Of a stretch of 64,000 nt of DNA, positions 38,053 to 47,271 are shown piece after piece. The position numbers and the translations under genes were made by a program. Origin of the DNA: Hyphomicrobiaceae bacterium (GTDB taxonomy: Bacteria > Pseudomonadota > Alphaproteobacteria > Rhizobiales > Hyphomicrobiaceae). The notes under the pieces were generated by a model. The model had not been told where the DNA came from, searched no databases, and worked only from the letters and a program-made list of their open reading frames with translations. Where the stretch lies: NCBI GenBank assembly GCA_050187415.1, contig JBFWXN010000014.1, positions 14,475 through 78,474 of the forward strand. The letters run 5' to 3'. Position 1 is the first letter of the stretch. Each line of letters begins with the position of its first letter.

Positions 38053-38949
38053 ATGAGCATGAAAAATAGTTCAGCTCGACTGGACTGGGAGGATTTGCGA
38101 GTCCTTGTCGAGTTGGCTCGTCGCGGCAGCCTGTCGGCGACGGCCCGCGTGCTGGGCGTCACGCATGTGACTGTCAGCCGCCGGATCGCCAACCTCGAGG
38201 CCGACCTGGGACAACCGCTTTTCTCCCGCGAATCAGGCCGGTATGTGCTGACGGAGGCCGGTAAGCGGGTGCTCGAGCTTGCAGGCCCCATGGCCGAGCA
38301 GGCCGACGCGATCGTCCGCGCCGCGTCCGGTTTCCACGAGACCATTTCCGGTCCCGTGCGCATTACTGCGACCGAGGCTGTCGGCCTCTACCTCCTCGTT
38401 CCCAGCCTGAAGGCGATCCGCGACCGCTACCCTGACGTCGATCTCGATGTGCGCATCACTCAACAGAACCTCAGTCTTGCCCGCAGCGACGCCGAGATTG
38501 CCCTGCGCCTGGCTGGCCCATCGCCGGATTCGGGCGTTCTCGGCGTCAAGGTCGCCGACCTGCTCTATCATCTCTACGGTGCGCGATCCTATGTCGATCG
38601 CCGCAAGCCCGAACTGTTCGAGTATATCGGGTATGCTCCGGAGTTTGCGAATTGGCCCGAGGCCCAGGCTCTCGATCGCGTCGCCAAGGGGGGACGAACC
38701 GCGGTGCGCGTCAACCATCTCGGAAACCGCATCGAAGCGGCGAGATGGGGCCTTGGCCTGGCTCTCTTGCCGACCATCATGGCCGAGCCGTGGCCAGAGC
38801 TGGTGCGCGTCTCGCACGGCACGCCCGTGATGCGACGCGAGACCTGGGTGCTGGTGCATCAGGATTTGAAGGACGTTCCGCGCATCAAGGCGTGTGTGGA
38901 GCTCATCGTCGAGGACATTCGGAACCGCTACCCCTCGACGACGGAATGA
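38053..38949 (+). CDS. LysR family transcriptional regulator
   Basis: LDWEDLRVLVELARRGSLSATARVLGVTHVTVSRRIANLE HTH, about 298 aa. It is divergent from the MarR/SelD operon. Confidence 0.9.
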   Translation: MSMKNSSARLDWEDLRVLVELARRGSLSATARVLGVTHVTVSRRIANLEADLGQPLFSRESGRYVLTEAGKRVLELAGPMAEQADAIVRAASGFHETISGPVRITATEAVGLYLLVPSLKAIRDRYPDVDLDVRITQQNLSLARSDAEIALRLAGPSPDSGVLGVKVADLLYHLYGARSYVDRRKPELFEYIGYAPEFANWPEAQALDRVAKGGRTAVRVNHLGNRIEAARWGLGLALLPTIMAEPWPELVRVSHGTPVMRRETWVLVHQDLKDVPRIKACVELIVEDIRNRYPSTTE

Positions 38950-39071
38950 ACTCCGGGTTGACCGTGCATTGTCGGCATTGGTCGCCCGCGCTGGACATTG
39001 CGACCGCAAGGCGCAATCGTTGACGTCTGAGCCCGGCGCGGCTCGCAGGATTGCACGCAAGAGGAACGGCC

Positions 39072-39947
39072 ATGAGCAGTGCCATCGAGATCGGCGACAT
39101 CAAGATCCGGCGAATTGTCGAGCAGGAAGGCCCGTTCTTCCCTGTTCACGACTTCTTCCCGAACTTTACGCCCGAGATGATGGCCGAGAACAGTCATTGG
39201 CTGCAGCCGCGCTTTGTCGACAAGAACGGGATGCTGATCCTTTGCATCCAGAGCTACGTCATCGAAACTCCGCACCATAAAATTCTCGTCGATACCTGCG
39301 TGGGCAATCACAAGCCGCGCCCGCACCGCGCCTTCTGGGACATGCTGTCGAGCGACCGCTACGAGAAGAACCTGGCTGCGACCGGCCTCGGGGTCGAGGA
39401 CATCGACTTTGTGATGTGCACGCATCTCCACGTCGATCATGTAGGATGGAACACGCGCCTCGAGAACGGCCGGTGGGTGCCGACGTTTCCGAATGCACGC
39501 TATGTGTTCTCAGACCGCGAGCTCGAGTTTTGGACCGAGCGGCAGAAGCAGAACCCCGAGGCAACAGCCTGGATCGCCGACAGCGTGCTTCCCGTCGTTG
39601 CGGCAGGTCGCGTCGACTTGGTGAAAAGCGACTACGCCTTCAACGATCACGTCCAACTACTTCCGGCGCCAGGGCATACGATCGATCAGTTCAACGTGCT
39701 CGCCGGCAAGCCCGGGCACGACGCTCTTGTGACGGGCGATATGGTCCATTCTCCGATCCAGGTGCGATACCCGGAAATCGGCATGATGTCGGACTGGGAT
39801 TCCAAAATCGCAGGCGAGTCGCGCAATCGGTTGTTCTCGCGGTTTTGCGATACGTCGACACTCATCTGCACAGGTCATTTTCCCTCACCCTCGGCCGGAC
39901 GGATTACCCGCGGAAAGGACGGTCACTTCCAATTCATCGAGAGCTGA
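39072..39947 (+). CDS. MBL fold metallo-hydrolase
   Basis: HLHVDHVGW (HxHxDH), downstream LLPAPGHT and TGHF. GAGGAA precedes ATG 39072. Confidence 0.8.
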   Translation: MSSAIEIGDIKIRRIVEQEGPFFPVHDFFPNFTPEMMAENSHWLQPRFVDKNGMLILCIQSYVIETPHHKILVDTCVGNHKPRPHRAFWDMLSSDRYEKNLAATGLGVEDIDFVMCTHLHVDHVGWNTRLENGRWVPTFPNARYVFSDRELEFWTERQKQNPEATAWIADSVLPVVAAGRVDLVKSDYAFNDHVQLLPAPGHTIDQFNVLAGKPGHDALVTGDMVHSPIQVRYPEIGMMSDWDSKIAGESRNRLFSRFCDTSTLICTGHFPSPSAGRITRGKDGHFQFIES

Positions 39948-39978
39948 GCCGGTCGACGCGCGAATTGGCGGCGCAGCG

Positions 39979-40887
39979 TCAGTGAAGCGCGGTTGCACGA
40001 ACCCACCAAGACGGGCGGTTTGCGGCAAGCCAACGCGCACCCTCGCCGGCCGCTTCGGCGTTCGCGAACAGCGCGAAACACGTCGGACCGCTTCCTGACA
40101 TGCGAGCCAGGAGGCAGCCGTCGAGCCCGTTCAGAAGCGACAACGCTTCGGCGATGGCCGGACAAAGGCATTTGGCCGGCAGCTCGAGGTGATTTGTCAT
40201 GCCGGCGGCGAAATCAATCAATGCCGAAAGGCCCGGGAATTGTGGCACGACCGGCCGAGCCTCTAGGCTGTCACCTTGCCGTACCGCCGCTGCCGACAAC
40301 GCGCGAAAAACATCGGCAGTCGAAAGCGGTGTGCCTGGGTTCGCCAGCACGGCCCAGACCGACGGAAAGTCGGGCAGAGGCGCCACGCAGGTGCCCAATC
40401 CCCACATCAGTGACGCTCTGCTCTCATAGCAGACAGGCACATCGGCTCCGATGGTCGCGGCGAGCCCCTGCCAGTCGACCTTGTCGGCAAGGTCTGGGTT
40501 CGAGCGGCGCAGCAGACGCAGTGTTGCCGCAGCGTCAGCCGATCCGCCGCCGATCCCCGCGGCAACAGGCAAGTACTTACGAAGTCGGAACGTGCCTGTT
40601 TCGGCCAGCGGAGCTTCGCGCAGGACCGCCGCGGCCGCCCGTGCGACGAGGTTCGATTGAGGCGTGTCGTCGGCGAGGGCGATGGCGGCGGCGCCGCTCA
40701 GCTCGAGGCGGAAGGGGCCGCCCGGGGCCAGCTCCAATGTGTCTGAAGCCGGCGCGCCAGCAAATGCGACCAGGCTTTCGAGCTGATGGTATCCGTCGGA
40801 CCGTCGTCCGTGGACGACGAGTGTGAGATTGATTTTGGCGGGCGCCACTTCAACGAGGGGGGCGCCGGCACGACCCGATCGGACCAA
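39979..40887 (-). CDS. ispE: 4-(cytidine 5'-diphospho)-2-C-methyl-D-erythritol kinase
   Basis: APAKINLTLVVHGRRSDGYHQLESLV, KYLPVAAGIGGGSADAAA (GHMP motif). The start codon is non-ATG (TTG 40887), so the exact start is uncertain. Confidence 0.9.
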   Translation of the reverse strand: MVRSGRAGAPLVEVAPAKINLTLVVHGRRSDGYHQLESLVAFAGAPASDTLELAPGGPFRLELSGAAAIALADDTPQSNLVARAAAAVLREAPLAETGTFRLRKYLPVAAGIGGGSADAAATLRLLRRSNPDLADKVDWQGLAATIGADVPVCYESRASLMWGLGTCVAPLPDFPSVWAVLANPGTPLSTADVFRALSAAAVRQGDSLEARPVVPQFPGLSALIDFAAGMTNHLELPAKCLCPAIAEALSLLNGLDGCLLARMSGSGPTCFALFANAEAAGEGARWLAANRPSWWVRATALH

Positions 40888-40932
40888 TCGACCAGCCCTT
40901 TCTTACCACTCGCGACACCCACGAGCAGGCGC

Positions 40933-42753
40933 TTACCGGATACCGGGCGCCTGCGGTGTCAGGCGACTCTCGACGCGCTTGCGGGGTGTCTGGCGAGTCA
41001 CAGCGCGCGCCCGCTTTCCCTTCTGCGCCCTGGCATCTGGCAATGCCGGAAGACCATTGGCGACCTTGGCCTTTATCTTGGCGGCATCATCGGGCTCGGG
41101 TTTCAACGTCAACGCCTGGGCCCACTGGAATTTCGCTTCCCGTTCACGCCCCACGCGCCAATAGGCGTCACCGAGATGATCGTTCAGCGTAGGGTCTTCG
41201 GGCCTGAGCTCGACGGCCCGCTCCAGATACTTTGTGGCCTGCTTGTAGTTTCCGAGGCGGAAATGCGCCCACCCAAGGCTATCGACGATGTAGCCGTCGT
41301 CAGGCTTGAGCTGCACGGCGCGCTCGATCAGTTTCAGGCCCTTTTTCAAGTGCACGCCCTGATCGACCCACGAATAGCCCAGATAATTGAGAACGAGTGA
41401 TTGGTTCGGCGAAAGTTGGAGCGCCTTCTCTAGATCCGCCTCCGCCAGCGGCCACTTTTTGATGCGCTCGTAGCTTGTTCCCCGCGCATAATAATACGGC
41501 CAGTGCTTGGCCTCCGGCTTCTTGATGAGCCCGATCACCTTCGTGTAGTAACCGACCGCTTCCTCGTAGCGCTTGTGCCCACGCATCATGTTTCCGAGCG
41601 CGTCGAACGCCTTCGGATCCGTGGGATCCCGCGCGGCCTGCTTTTCCAGCAAGGCTTTCGCCTCTTCGACCCGGTCGAGCAGATTGAGGTTCTGGGCTTT
41701 GCGGATATCGATGGCCTGTTGCAGAGCCGTGCCCTCGGGAATCCGGTCGTAAGCCTCTATCGCAGCCTTGTAGTTCTTCGTTGTCTCGTAAACATTGGCG
41801 AGCGCGGCGAGGGCGAACGGAGACTTCGGCTCGAGGTAGAGCGCCATCTGGAGGTAAACGGCGCCGACGCTGATTCCGCCCTCACTCGCGAGAGCCTCCC
41901 CCAGTCCATAAAAGATCTCGGCCAGCCCCTCGTTGGGAGTCTTGACGATCAAATCCAGGGGCTTGCCGGCCGCGAGCTGCTCCATCAAGCCCTTGGCAAC
42001 CGGATGATGGACACCACCCGTTTTCTTGGCATGCTCCTCCAAAATCGAAAGAGCGAGCTTGGAATTGCCTGCTGCCGCGGCATGCCGGGCGTAAGCCAGC
42101 GCGACGCGGAAGGACTTCGTGTCGCTGTTGAAAATGCGCTCGTAGGTCTGCTGCGCCTCGGCGCTCTGCCCGGCCACGTCGTACATCAACGCCTTGTGGT
42201 AGCGCACATAGAAGCGCGCCCACTCCGCCTGATTGACTTTTTCTGCCTCCGCGATGGCACCCGGCACATCGTTCTGACCGAGCTTCATCCAGCCTCTGGC
42301 GAGCGCGAGCGTGAGTTGTTCCATCACGCCGTTGCCGGGAGCTTTGAAGTGGTTGAACGCCTCTTCGTAGCGCTTGTTTTTTGCGGCTTCGAGGCCGAGC
42401 ACAAGTCTTGCCATCCTGTGATCGGCGAAATTCTCGATCAGGCGGCGCGAGAGTTCGACCGCCCGGTCGAACCGACCCTCCGTCGCCTCCATCAACAGCG
42501 ACTGTTCGGTCAGTGGCATGTTGTCCGGATCGCGCTCGAGCGCAGCACGATAGTATTCGGAGGCGGCCACGCTGTCGTGTTGCCCGCGCGCTATGCGCCC
42601 CGCCAGATAGCTGCCGAGGAGCGAGTTCGCCTCGTCCGGCTCGGCACCCGTGCGAGCCGTCGCGACACCCGCGCTCAGCGAGCACAGCAGCGGAATGGCC
42701 AGCAAGAGCCTGGTAGATCCGAACACTCCCCTGGCGGTGGCTCGCTTCCACAT
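40933..42753 (-). CDS. secreted tetratricopeptide repeat protein
   Basis: Signal peptide MWKRATARGVFGSTRLLLAIPLLCSLSAGVATA, then many TPR units (e.g. YYARGTSYERIKKWPLAEADLEKALQLSPN). It lies upstream of ispE. Confidence 0.8.
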   Translation of the reverse strand: MWKRATARGVFGSTRLLLAIPLLCSLSAGVATARTGAEPDEANSLLGSYLAGRIARGQHDSVAASEYYRAALERDPDNMPLTEQSLLMEATEGRFDRAVELSRRLIENFADHRMARLVLGLEAAKNKRYEEAFNHFKAPGNGVMEQLTLALARGWMKLGQNDVPGAIAEAEKVNQAEWARFYVRYHKALMYDVAGQSAEAQQTYERIFNSDTKSFRVALAYARHAAAAGNSKLALSILEEHAKKTGGVHHPVAKGLMEQLAAGKPLDLIVKTPNEGLAEIFYGLGEALASEGGISVGAVYLQMALYLEPKSPFALAALANVYETTKNYKAAIEAYDRIPEGTALQQAIDIRKAQNLNLLDRVEEAKALLEKQAARDPTDPKAFDALGNMMRGHKRYEEAVGYYTKVIGLIKKPEAKHWPYYYARGTSYERIKKWPLAEADLEKALQLSPNQSLVLNYLGYSWVDQGVHLKKGLKLIERAVQLKPDDGYIVDSLGWAHFRLGNYKQATKYLERAVELRPEDPTLNDHLGDAYWRVGREREAKFQWAQALTLKPEPDDAAKIKAKVANGLPALPDARAQKGKRARAVTRQTPRKRVESRLTPQAPGIR

Positions 42754-42897
42754 CGCTTGCACCTCACGGGACTTGCAGACTGCGCCCGTCTTGAGTGATT
42801 CAATGCCGAGAACAGTAGCAAAGCTGCGCCGTTCCTGGCCATGAGCATCGCCGCCGCGGTCAGGCCGCGCAACGGCGGCATACCAACCGCACCGTGT

Positions 42898-43881
42898 CTA
42901 CAGGATAGGCGTTTCGCCGTTAAGAACGCGCGCCAATACCGGTCTATCCACATTTCCCCCCGAAAGTATGACGCCGAGCCGCGCTCCGCGTTTCCTCCGG
43001 CCGTCTTTCAGCAACGCAGCCATGGCCGCCGCTCCGGCTCCTTCTGCCACGTTGTGCGTCGTCTCGTATATGAGGCGAATAGCATCTGCAATCTCATCCT
43101 CGGAGACGCGCACGATATCTGCAGCCCCTCTGCGCATAACGGTGAGCGCATCCGAATTCGGGTCCCGGCAGGCCATGCCGTCCGCAAACGTTTTCGCGCT
43201 ATTGGTCGACACCGGCCGCCCTGCCTCGAACGACATCGCAACGGCCGGCGCAGCCTCCGCCACGACTCCGACGATCTCGGTCGCAATCTGCAAGGCATCG
43301 CGCGCCGCAATGAGACCCGAGATCCCCGACCCCATGCCGATCGGAACATAGACTGCATCGAGCGGCCCGGCGGCCGCGAAAAGCTCGAGCGCGTAGGATG
43401 CGACACCCTTCACCAGCGCCGGATGAAAGGATGGCACCATGTGCAGCCCTTCCGCCGCCGCCAAACGCGCCGCTTCGTCCTTGGCCTCGTCGAAATCGAC
43501 GCCGTGCTCGATGAGGCGCGCACCGAACGCCCGCATCGCGGCGTTCTTCTCAAGCGAATTGCCATGTGGCACCAGAATCGTAGACGCAAGGCCTACGGCC
43601 GCCGCCGCTCGCGCGATCGACTGCCCATGGTTGCCCCGCGTTGCCGTGATCACGCCGTTGACCGGAACGCCGCTGCGCCGAAGCTCGTCCATATAGACGA
43701 TGCCGCCGCGTACCTTGAAGGCGCCGATCGGCGTGTGGTTCTCATGCTTGACCCAGATTTCGGCGCCGGCCCGCTGCGCGATCAGCGGCCAGACGTAGGC
43801 CGGAGTTGCCGGCATGTGCTCGTGCACGAGCAAAGCCGCAGCCTCCAGTTCTGAACGGTCGAAAGAATAGGCATCCGTCAT
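42898..43881 (-). CDS. threonine/serine dehydratase family PLP enzyme
   Basis: KHENHTPIGAFKVRGG (PLP-Lys), ATRGNHGQS, GMGSGISG. 327 aa, single domain with no ACT domain. Confidence 0.8.
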   Translation of the reverse strand: MTDAYSFDRSELEAAALLVHEHMPATPAYVWPLIAQRAGAEIWVKHENHTPIGAFKVRGGIVYMDELRRSGVPVNGVITATRGNHGQSIARAAAAVGLASTILVPHGNSLEKNAAMRAFGARLIEHGVDFDEAKDEAARLAAAEGLHMVPSFHPALVKGVASYALELFAAAGPLDAVYVPIGMGSGISGLIAARDALQIATEIVGVVAEAAPAVAMSFEAGRPVSTNSAKTFADGMACRDPNSDALTVMRRGAADIVRVSEDEIADAIRLIYETTHNVAEGAGAAAMAALLKDGRRKRGARLGVILSGGNVDRPVLARVLNGETPIL

Positions 43882-44031
43882 CACGCAAGCTCCAGCCCGG
43901 GCCGTGGCACAGCGCTATCATAAGCATTCGTCGCGCCGCATCTCGGCCGTCGATCTGCGTCAATCTGCCCAGTGCCCGTTTCCAGCCCGATCAGGACTAT
44001 CCCGCCGGCACTTCGCCTGGGGGACGCTGAC

Positions 44032-44622
44032 ATGTCGATGGGTGAAATCAGCGATCTGAAGGCCGAGGCCGACAGCCGCTCGAAATGGATCGGGGTCTAT
44101 GTCGGCGTTCTGGCCACGCTGCTCGCAATTTGCGGCGTCGGCGGCGGCAATGCCGCCAAGGATGCGACCCGTGCCAACATCGACTTGACGAATATGTGGG
44201 GGTTTTTCCAGGCGAAGAACATCAGGCGCACGGCGTTCACGCTCGCCGGCGATGAACTGGAATTGACGCTGAAAGCGAGCCCCACGGTGCCGGACGAGGC
44301 TCGCCGCGCCCTGGAGGAGAAGATCCAGACCTATCGCGAAACCGTGGCGCGCTTCACAAGCGACAAGAAAAGCAACGAAGGCCTCGACGAGCTTTTCGTC
44401 CGGGCCAAGGCGCTCGAAGCCGAGCGCGACATCGCCCTGCGCAAGGACCCCTACTTCGATCTATCGGCAGCCCTCCTCCAGATTGCCATCGTCCTCGCCT
44501 CGGTCGCCCTTATCGCCGGCACGAATGCGTTGCTTTTCGTCAGCGGAGGTCTCGCTCTCGCCGGCACCATTCTGATGATCAATGGCTTCACGCTGTGGTA
44601 CGCGCTGCCACTCCTCGGCTGA
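44032..44622 (+). CDS. DUF4337 domain-containing membrane protein
   Basis: KWIGVYVGVLATLLAICGVGGGNAAKDATRANI...WGFFQAKNIRR and two C-terminal TM helices fit my recollection of DUF4337. Confidence 0.65.
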   Translation: MSMGEISDLKAEADSRSKWIGVYVGVLATLLAICGVGGGNAAKDATRANIDLTNMWGFFQAKNIRRTAFTLAGDELELTLKASPTVPDEARRALEEKIQTYRETVARFTSDKKSNEGLDELFVRAKALEAERDIALRKDPYFDLSAALLQIAIVLASVALIAGTNALLFVSGGLALAGTILMINGFTLWYALPLLG

Positions 44623-44637
44623 CGGCCGGTGCACAGC

Positions 44638-45522
44638 TCAAAGCGGGCGCGGCGGCAGCTTCGTCACGGTCCCATAGCGATCGGACCAGAGGCCGGTGTC
44701 GTGCGTGAACAGCCGGGGTGGCTCGAGCAGCCGATGCGAGATGCTCGTCCCGTCGAGCGTCCACTCGACGTATCCGGATCGCGCAAACCCGCCGAAGCGC
44801 TTCAGCCACTTGGCAATGTTGACGAACGACGTGCACGGTGCCCAGACGATATCCATGCCCTGCCACGTCATGCGTCGGTAGACGTGCAGATGTCCGCAGG
44901 CAATCGCGCGGACGCCGCCTTGCAGGCACGTCTCGAGAAATTGCAGGCGCCCTTCGAACGGAATGCAGGATGTCGTTGCGCCCGGGTCCTCCGGATCGTC
45001 GACGAACGGCGGCATATGCATGAAGATGAGCACCGGACGGCCCCGACGCGTCGCCAGTGCCTCGTCGAGGAAGGCGATCTGCTCGGCCTCGTCGGACCGG
45101 CGGCTGGCAAACAGCGACGTATCGAGCCCGACCAGACGCCACGCCCCCACATCCTCCGTCCACCACGTCGGCCCGAATACGTCGCGCCACGCGGCAATGC
45201 GCGCATCTGTCAGCGGTTGCTCGAGCCGCGAATGGGGTGGCGCCTCGCCGACGTCGTGGTTGCCGGGAATGATCCGCCAGCGTGTGCTGATTCGGCCCAT
45301 TTCGGCCCGCGAGAAGGCGAGATCGGCGACCGCGGCGGGACCGTTGAACGAAACATCGCCCGAGTGCACCACCAGGTCCGGCGCCGCTTTCGCCACTTCG
45401 TCCGTGAGCACGCGGAAATTGTCGACGAAGTAGGCGTGCGTCTCCGACAGATGCGAGTCGGAGATCTGTGCAATACGGATGACCTCGCCCTTGCGAGATG
45501 ATGCATCGTCTGTGTGGCTCAT
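44638..45522 (-). CDS. metallophosphoesterase
   Basis: IAQISDSHL, HSGDVSF, GNHDVGE, MHMPPF and CGHLHV are the calcineurin-like phosphoesterase motif set. Confidence 0.8.
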   Translation of the reverse strand: MSHTDDASSRKGEVIRIAQISDSHLSETHAYFVDNFRVLTDEVAKAAPDLVVHSGDVSFNGPAAVADLAFSRAEMGRISTRWRIIPGNHDVGEAPPHSRLEQPLTDARIAAWRDVFGPTWWTEDVGAWRLVGLDTSLFASRRSDEAEQIAFLDEALATRRGRPVLIFMHMPPFVDDPEDPGATTSCIPFEGRLQFLETCLQGGVRAIACGHLHVYRRMTWQGMDIVWAPCTSFVNIAKWLKRFGGFARSGYVEWTLDGTSISHRLLEPPRLFTHDTGLWSDRYGTVTKLPPRPL

Positions 45523-45632
45523 AGGTGTTGGCCTCGCCGCCGCTCCGTCCGCTCCATGCTAACGGTGGAAGGTCAGGCAGGCGAGGCCGCAGCAGGACGA
45601 TCGAGCCGAGAAATTCCGCACGTGGCCTGTCG

Positions 45633-45932
45633 CTATTCCGCCGCGTCCAGCATCTCGTCGTCGGACGACATCGGCGCGGACGGATCAAACAGCATGCCGA
45701 GTGCGTGCAGATAGGTCTCCAGCACTGCATCCTCCTCCTGCCGCTCCGACTTCGAGCGTCGGCGGAGCGAGATCACCTTCTTCATGATCTTCGGATCGAA
45801 GCCCTCGGCCTTGGCCTCGAGGAATTTGTCGCGGATATCAGCCGCGAGCGCCTTTTTTTCTTCCTCGAGGCGCTCGATCTGCTCGATGTATTGGCGAAGT
45901 TGAGCCTGCGAGGTCGCCTGCAGTGTCGTCAT
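45633..45932 (-). CDS. gapR: GapR / DUF2312 (UPF0335) nucleoid-associated protein
   Basis: ATG 45932 follows AAGGTGGA. LRQYIEQIERLEEEKKALAADIRDKFLEAKAEGFDPKIMKKVISLRRRSKSERQEEDAVLETYLHALGM parallels Caulobacter GapR. Confidence 0.8.
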   Translation of the reverse strand: MTTLQATSQAQLRQYIEQIERLEEEKKALAADIRDKFLEAKAEGFDPKIMKKVISLRRRSKSERQEEDAVLETYLHALGMLFDPSAPMSSDDEMLDAAE

Positions 45933-46100
45933 CGTGTCCACCTTCGATCACCTGACATTTACCGGTACGCTTACGCGCACATTTGGCGTGATCAAGACTG
46001 CAGGCGCGCTCGCCCACCAAATCCACATGCCCCTTGCCTCGGTACCGGGATAACTTGACAGTGGTGTTTTCGCTCATGCCGCGCGCGAGGGAGACACGAC

Positions 46101-47183
46101 ATGCAGCCCGGCTTTCGCCCGCTCGAGGGCGTCAAGGTGATCGACGTCAGCCACGTCATTGCCGGACCATTCGCCACATTTCATCTCGCGCAGATGGGCG
46201 CCGACGTCTTGAAGGTCGAGAGCCCCGGCGGCGACGTCATGCGTCGCGGCGCACGCGGACCTCAAGCGTTCGCCGCCTTGAACGCGGGCAAGCGCAAGAT
46301 CCGCCTCGATCTGTCGAAACCCGACGCACTGGCCCGCATCAAAGCCGAGATCGCCGGCGCAGACGTTTTCGTCGACAATCTGCGACCGGGCTCCAGCGAG
46401 CGGCTGGGCCTGGGATGGCAGGCGTTGAAGACCGTCAATCCACGTCTCGTCTACTGCTCGATTTCGGGGTTCGGCCGCGATACGCCTCGGCCCGCCTATG
46501 ACCACGTCGTCCAGGCCGCAACCGGCATGACGCTTGCTTCCGGCGCCGATACGGACCCACCGCAGAAAATCGGCTTTCCGCTGATCGACACGGGTGCCGG
46601 CATCATCGCCGCACTGGCCGTCGTAGCGGCCTTGCGCGAGCGTGATCGCCGCGGCGAGGGCATGCTGCTCGACGTATCGATGGCGGGAGCCGCCTTGCAG
46701 CTCATGTATCCTCTCACCTGCGAGGCACTGACCAGTGGCACCCGACCGGTGCGCCAGGGCAGCCAGGCGTTCTCCGGAAGCCCCGCGGCCGACCTGTTTC
46801 CGACCCGCGACGGTGGCCAGATCGCCTTCGCAGCCAACACGCCGCGCCAGTTCATCGCCCTTCTCGGCGTGCTGGGAATCCCGGATGTCGCCGGCGACCC
46901 GGCCTTGTTCGACGAACCCCTCTCGGCCGATGCGCCGGCGGCATTCCTGCGGACAAGGGATGCAACCGCGGTAAAACGGCTGCTCGCCGCCGCCACCCGT
47001 CAGCGCGATGGATCCGATATCGAGCGCCAATGTGCGGAAGCTCGCGTCCCCGCCGCCGTCGTGCGTCCGCTCGACGATTTCGTGCGGAAATCCGTCGAGA
47101 CCGGCGCGCTCGCAACCGTCACCCTCGAGGATGAAGGCACCCGCATCGTGTCTCCCGGCCTTGGTTTCAAGGTCAGCCGCTGA
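46101..47183 (+). CDS. CaiB/BaiF family III CoA-transferase
   Basis: LEGVKVIDVSHVIAGPFATFHLAQMGADVLKVE, SISGFG and the later Asp-containing core. 360 aa. Confidence 0.85.
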   Translation: MQPGFRPLEGVKVIDVSHVIAGPFATFHLAQMGADVLKVESPGGDVMRRGARGPQAFAALNAGKRKIRLDLSKPDALARIKAEIAGADVFVDNLRPGSSERLGLGWQALKTVNPRLVYCSISGFGRDTPRPAYDHVVQAATGMTLASGADTDPPQKIGFPLIDTGAGIIAALAVVAALRERDRRGEGMLLDVSMAGAALQLMYPLTCEALTSGTRPVRQGSQAFSGSPAADLFPTRDGGQIAFAANTPRQFIALLGVLGIPDVAGDPALFDEPLSADAPAAFLRTRDATAVKRLLAAATRQRDGSDIERQCAEARVPAAVVRPLDDFVRKSVETGALATVTLEDEGTRIVSPGLGFKVSR

Positions 47184-47271
47184 CGAGCAGTCGTGGCAAT
47201 CGCCTGCCGGCCAGAAGTGGATTATGGCCCGGCTCCGAGTGTGCCGGCAACGAGCCCGTCCTCGAGCGAGG

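Noticed and set aside
44588-45730. 380-aa minus-strand ORF and 290-aa plus-strand ORF overlapping the metallophosphoesterase gene in other frames.
   Set aside because: Only the 44638..45522 frame shows the ordered phosphoesterase motifs (DSH, GD, GNHD, GHxH). The others are Arg/Pro-rich.
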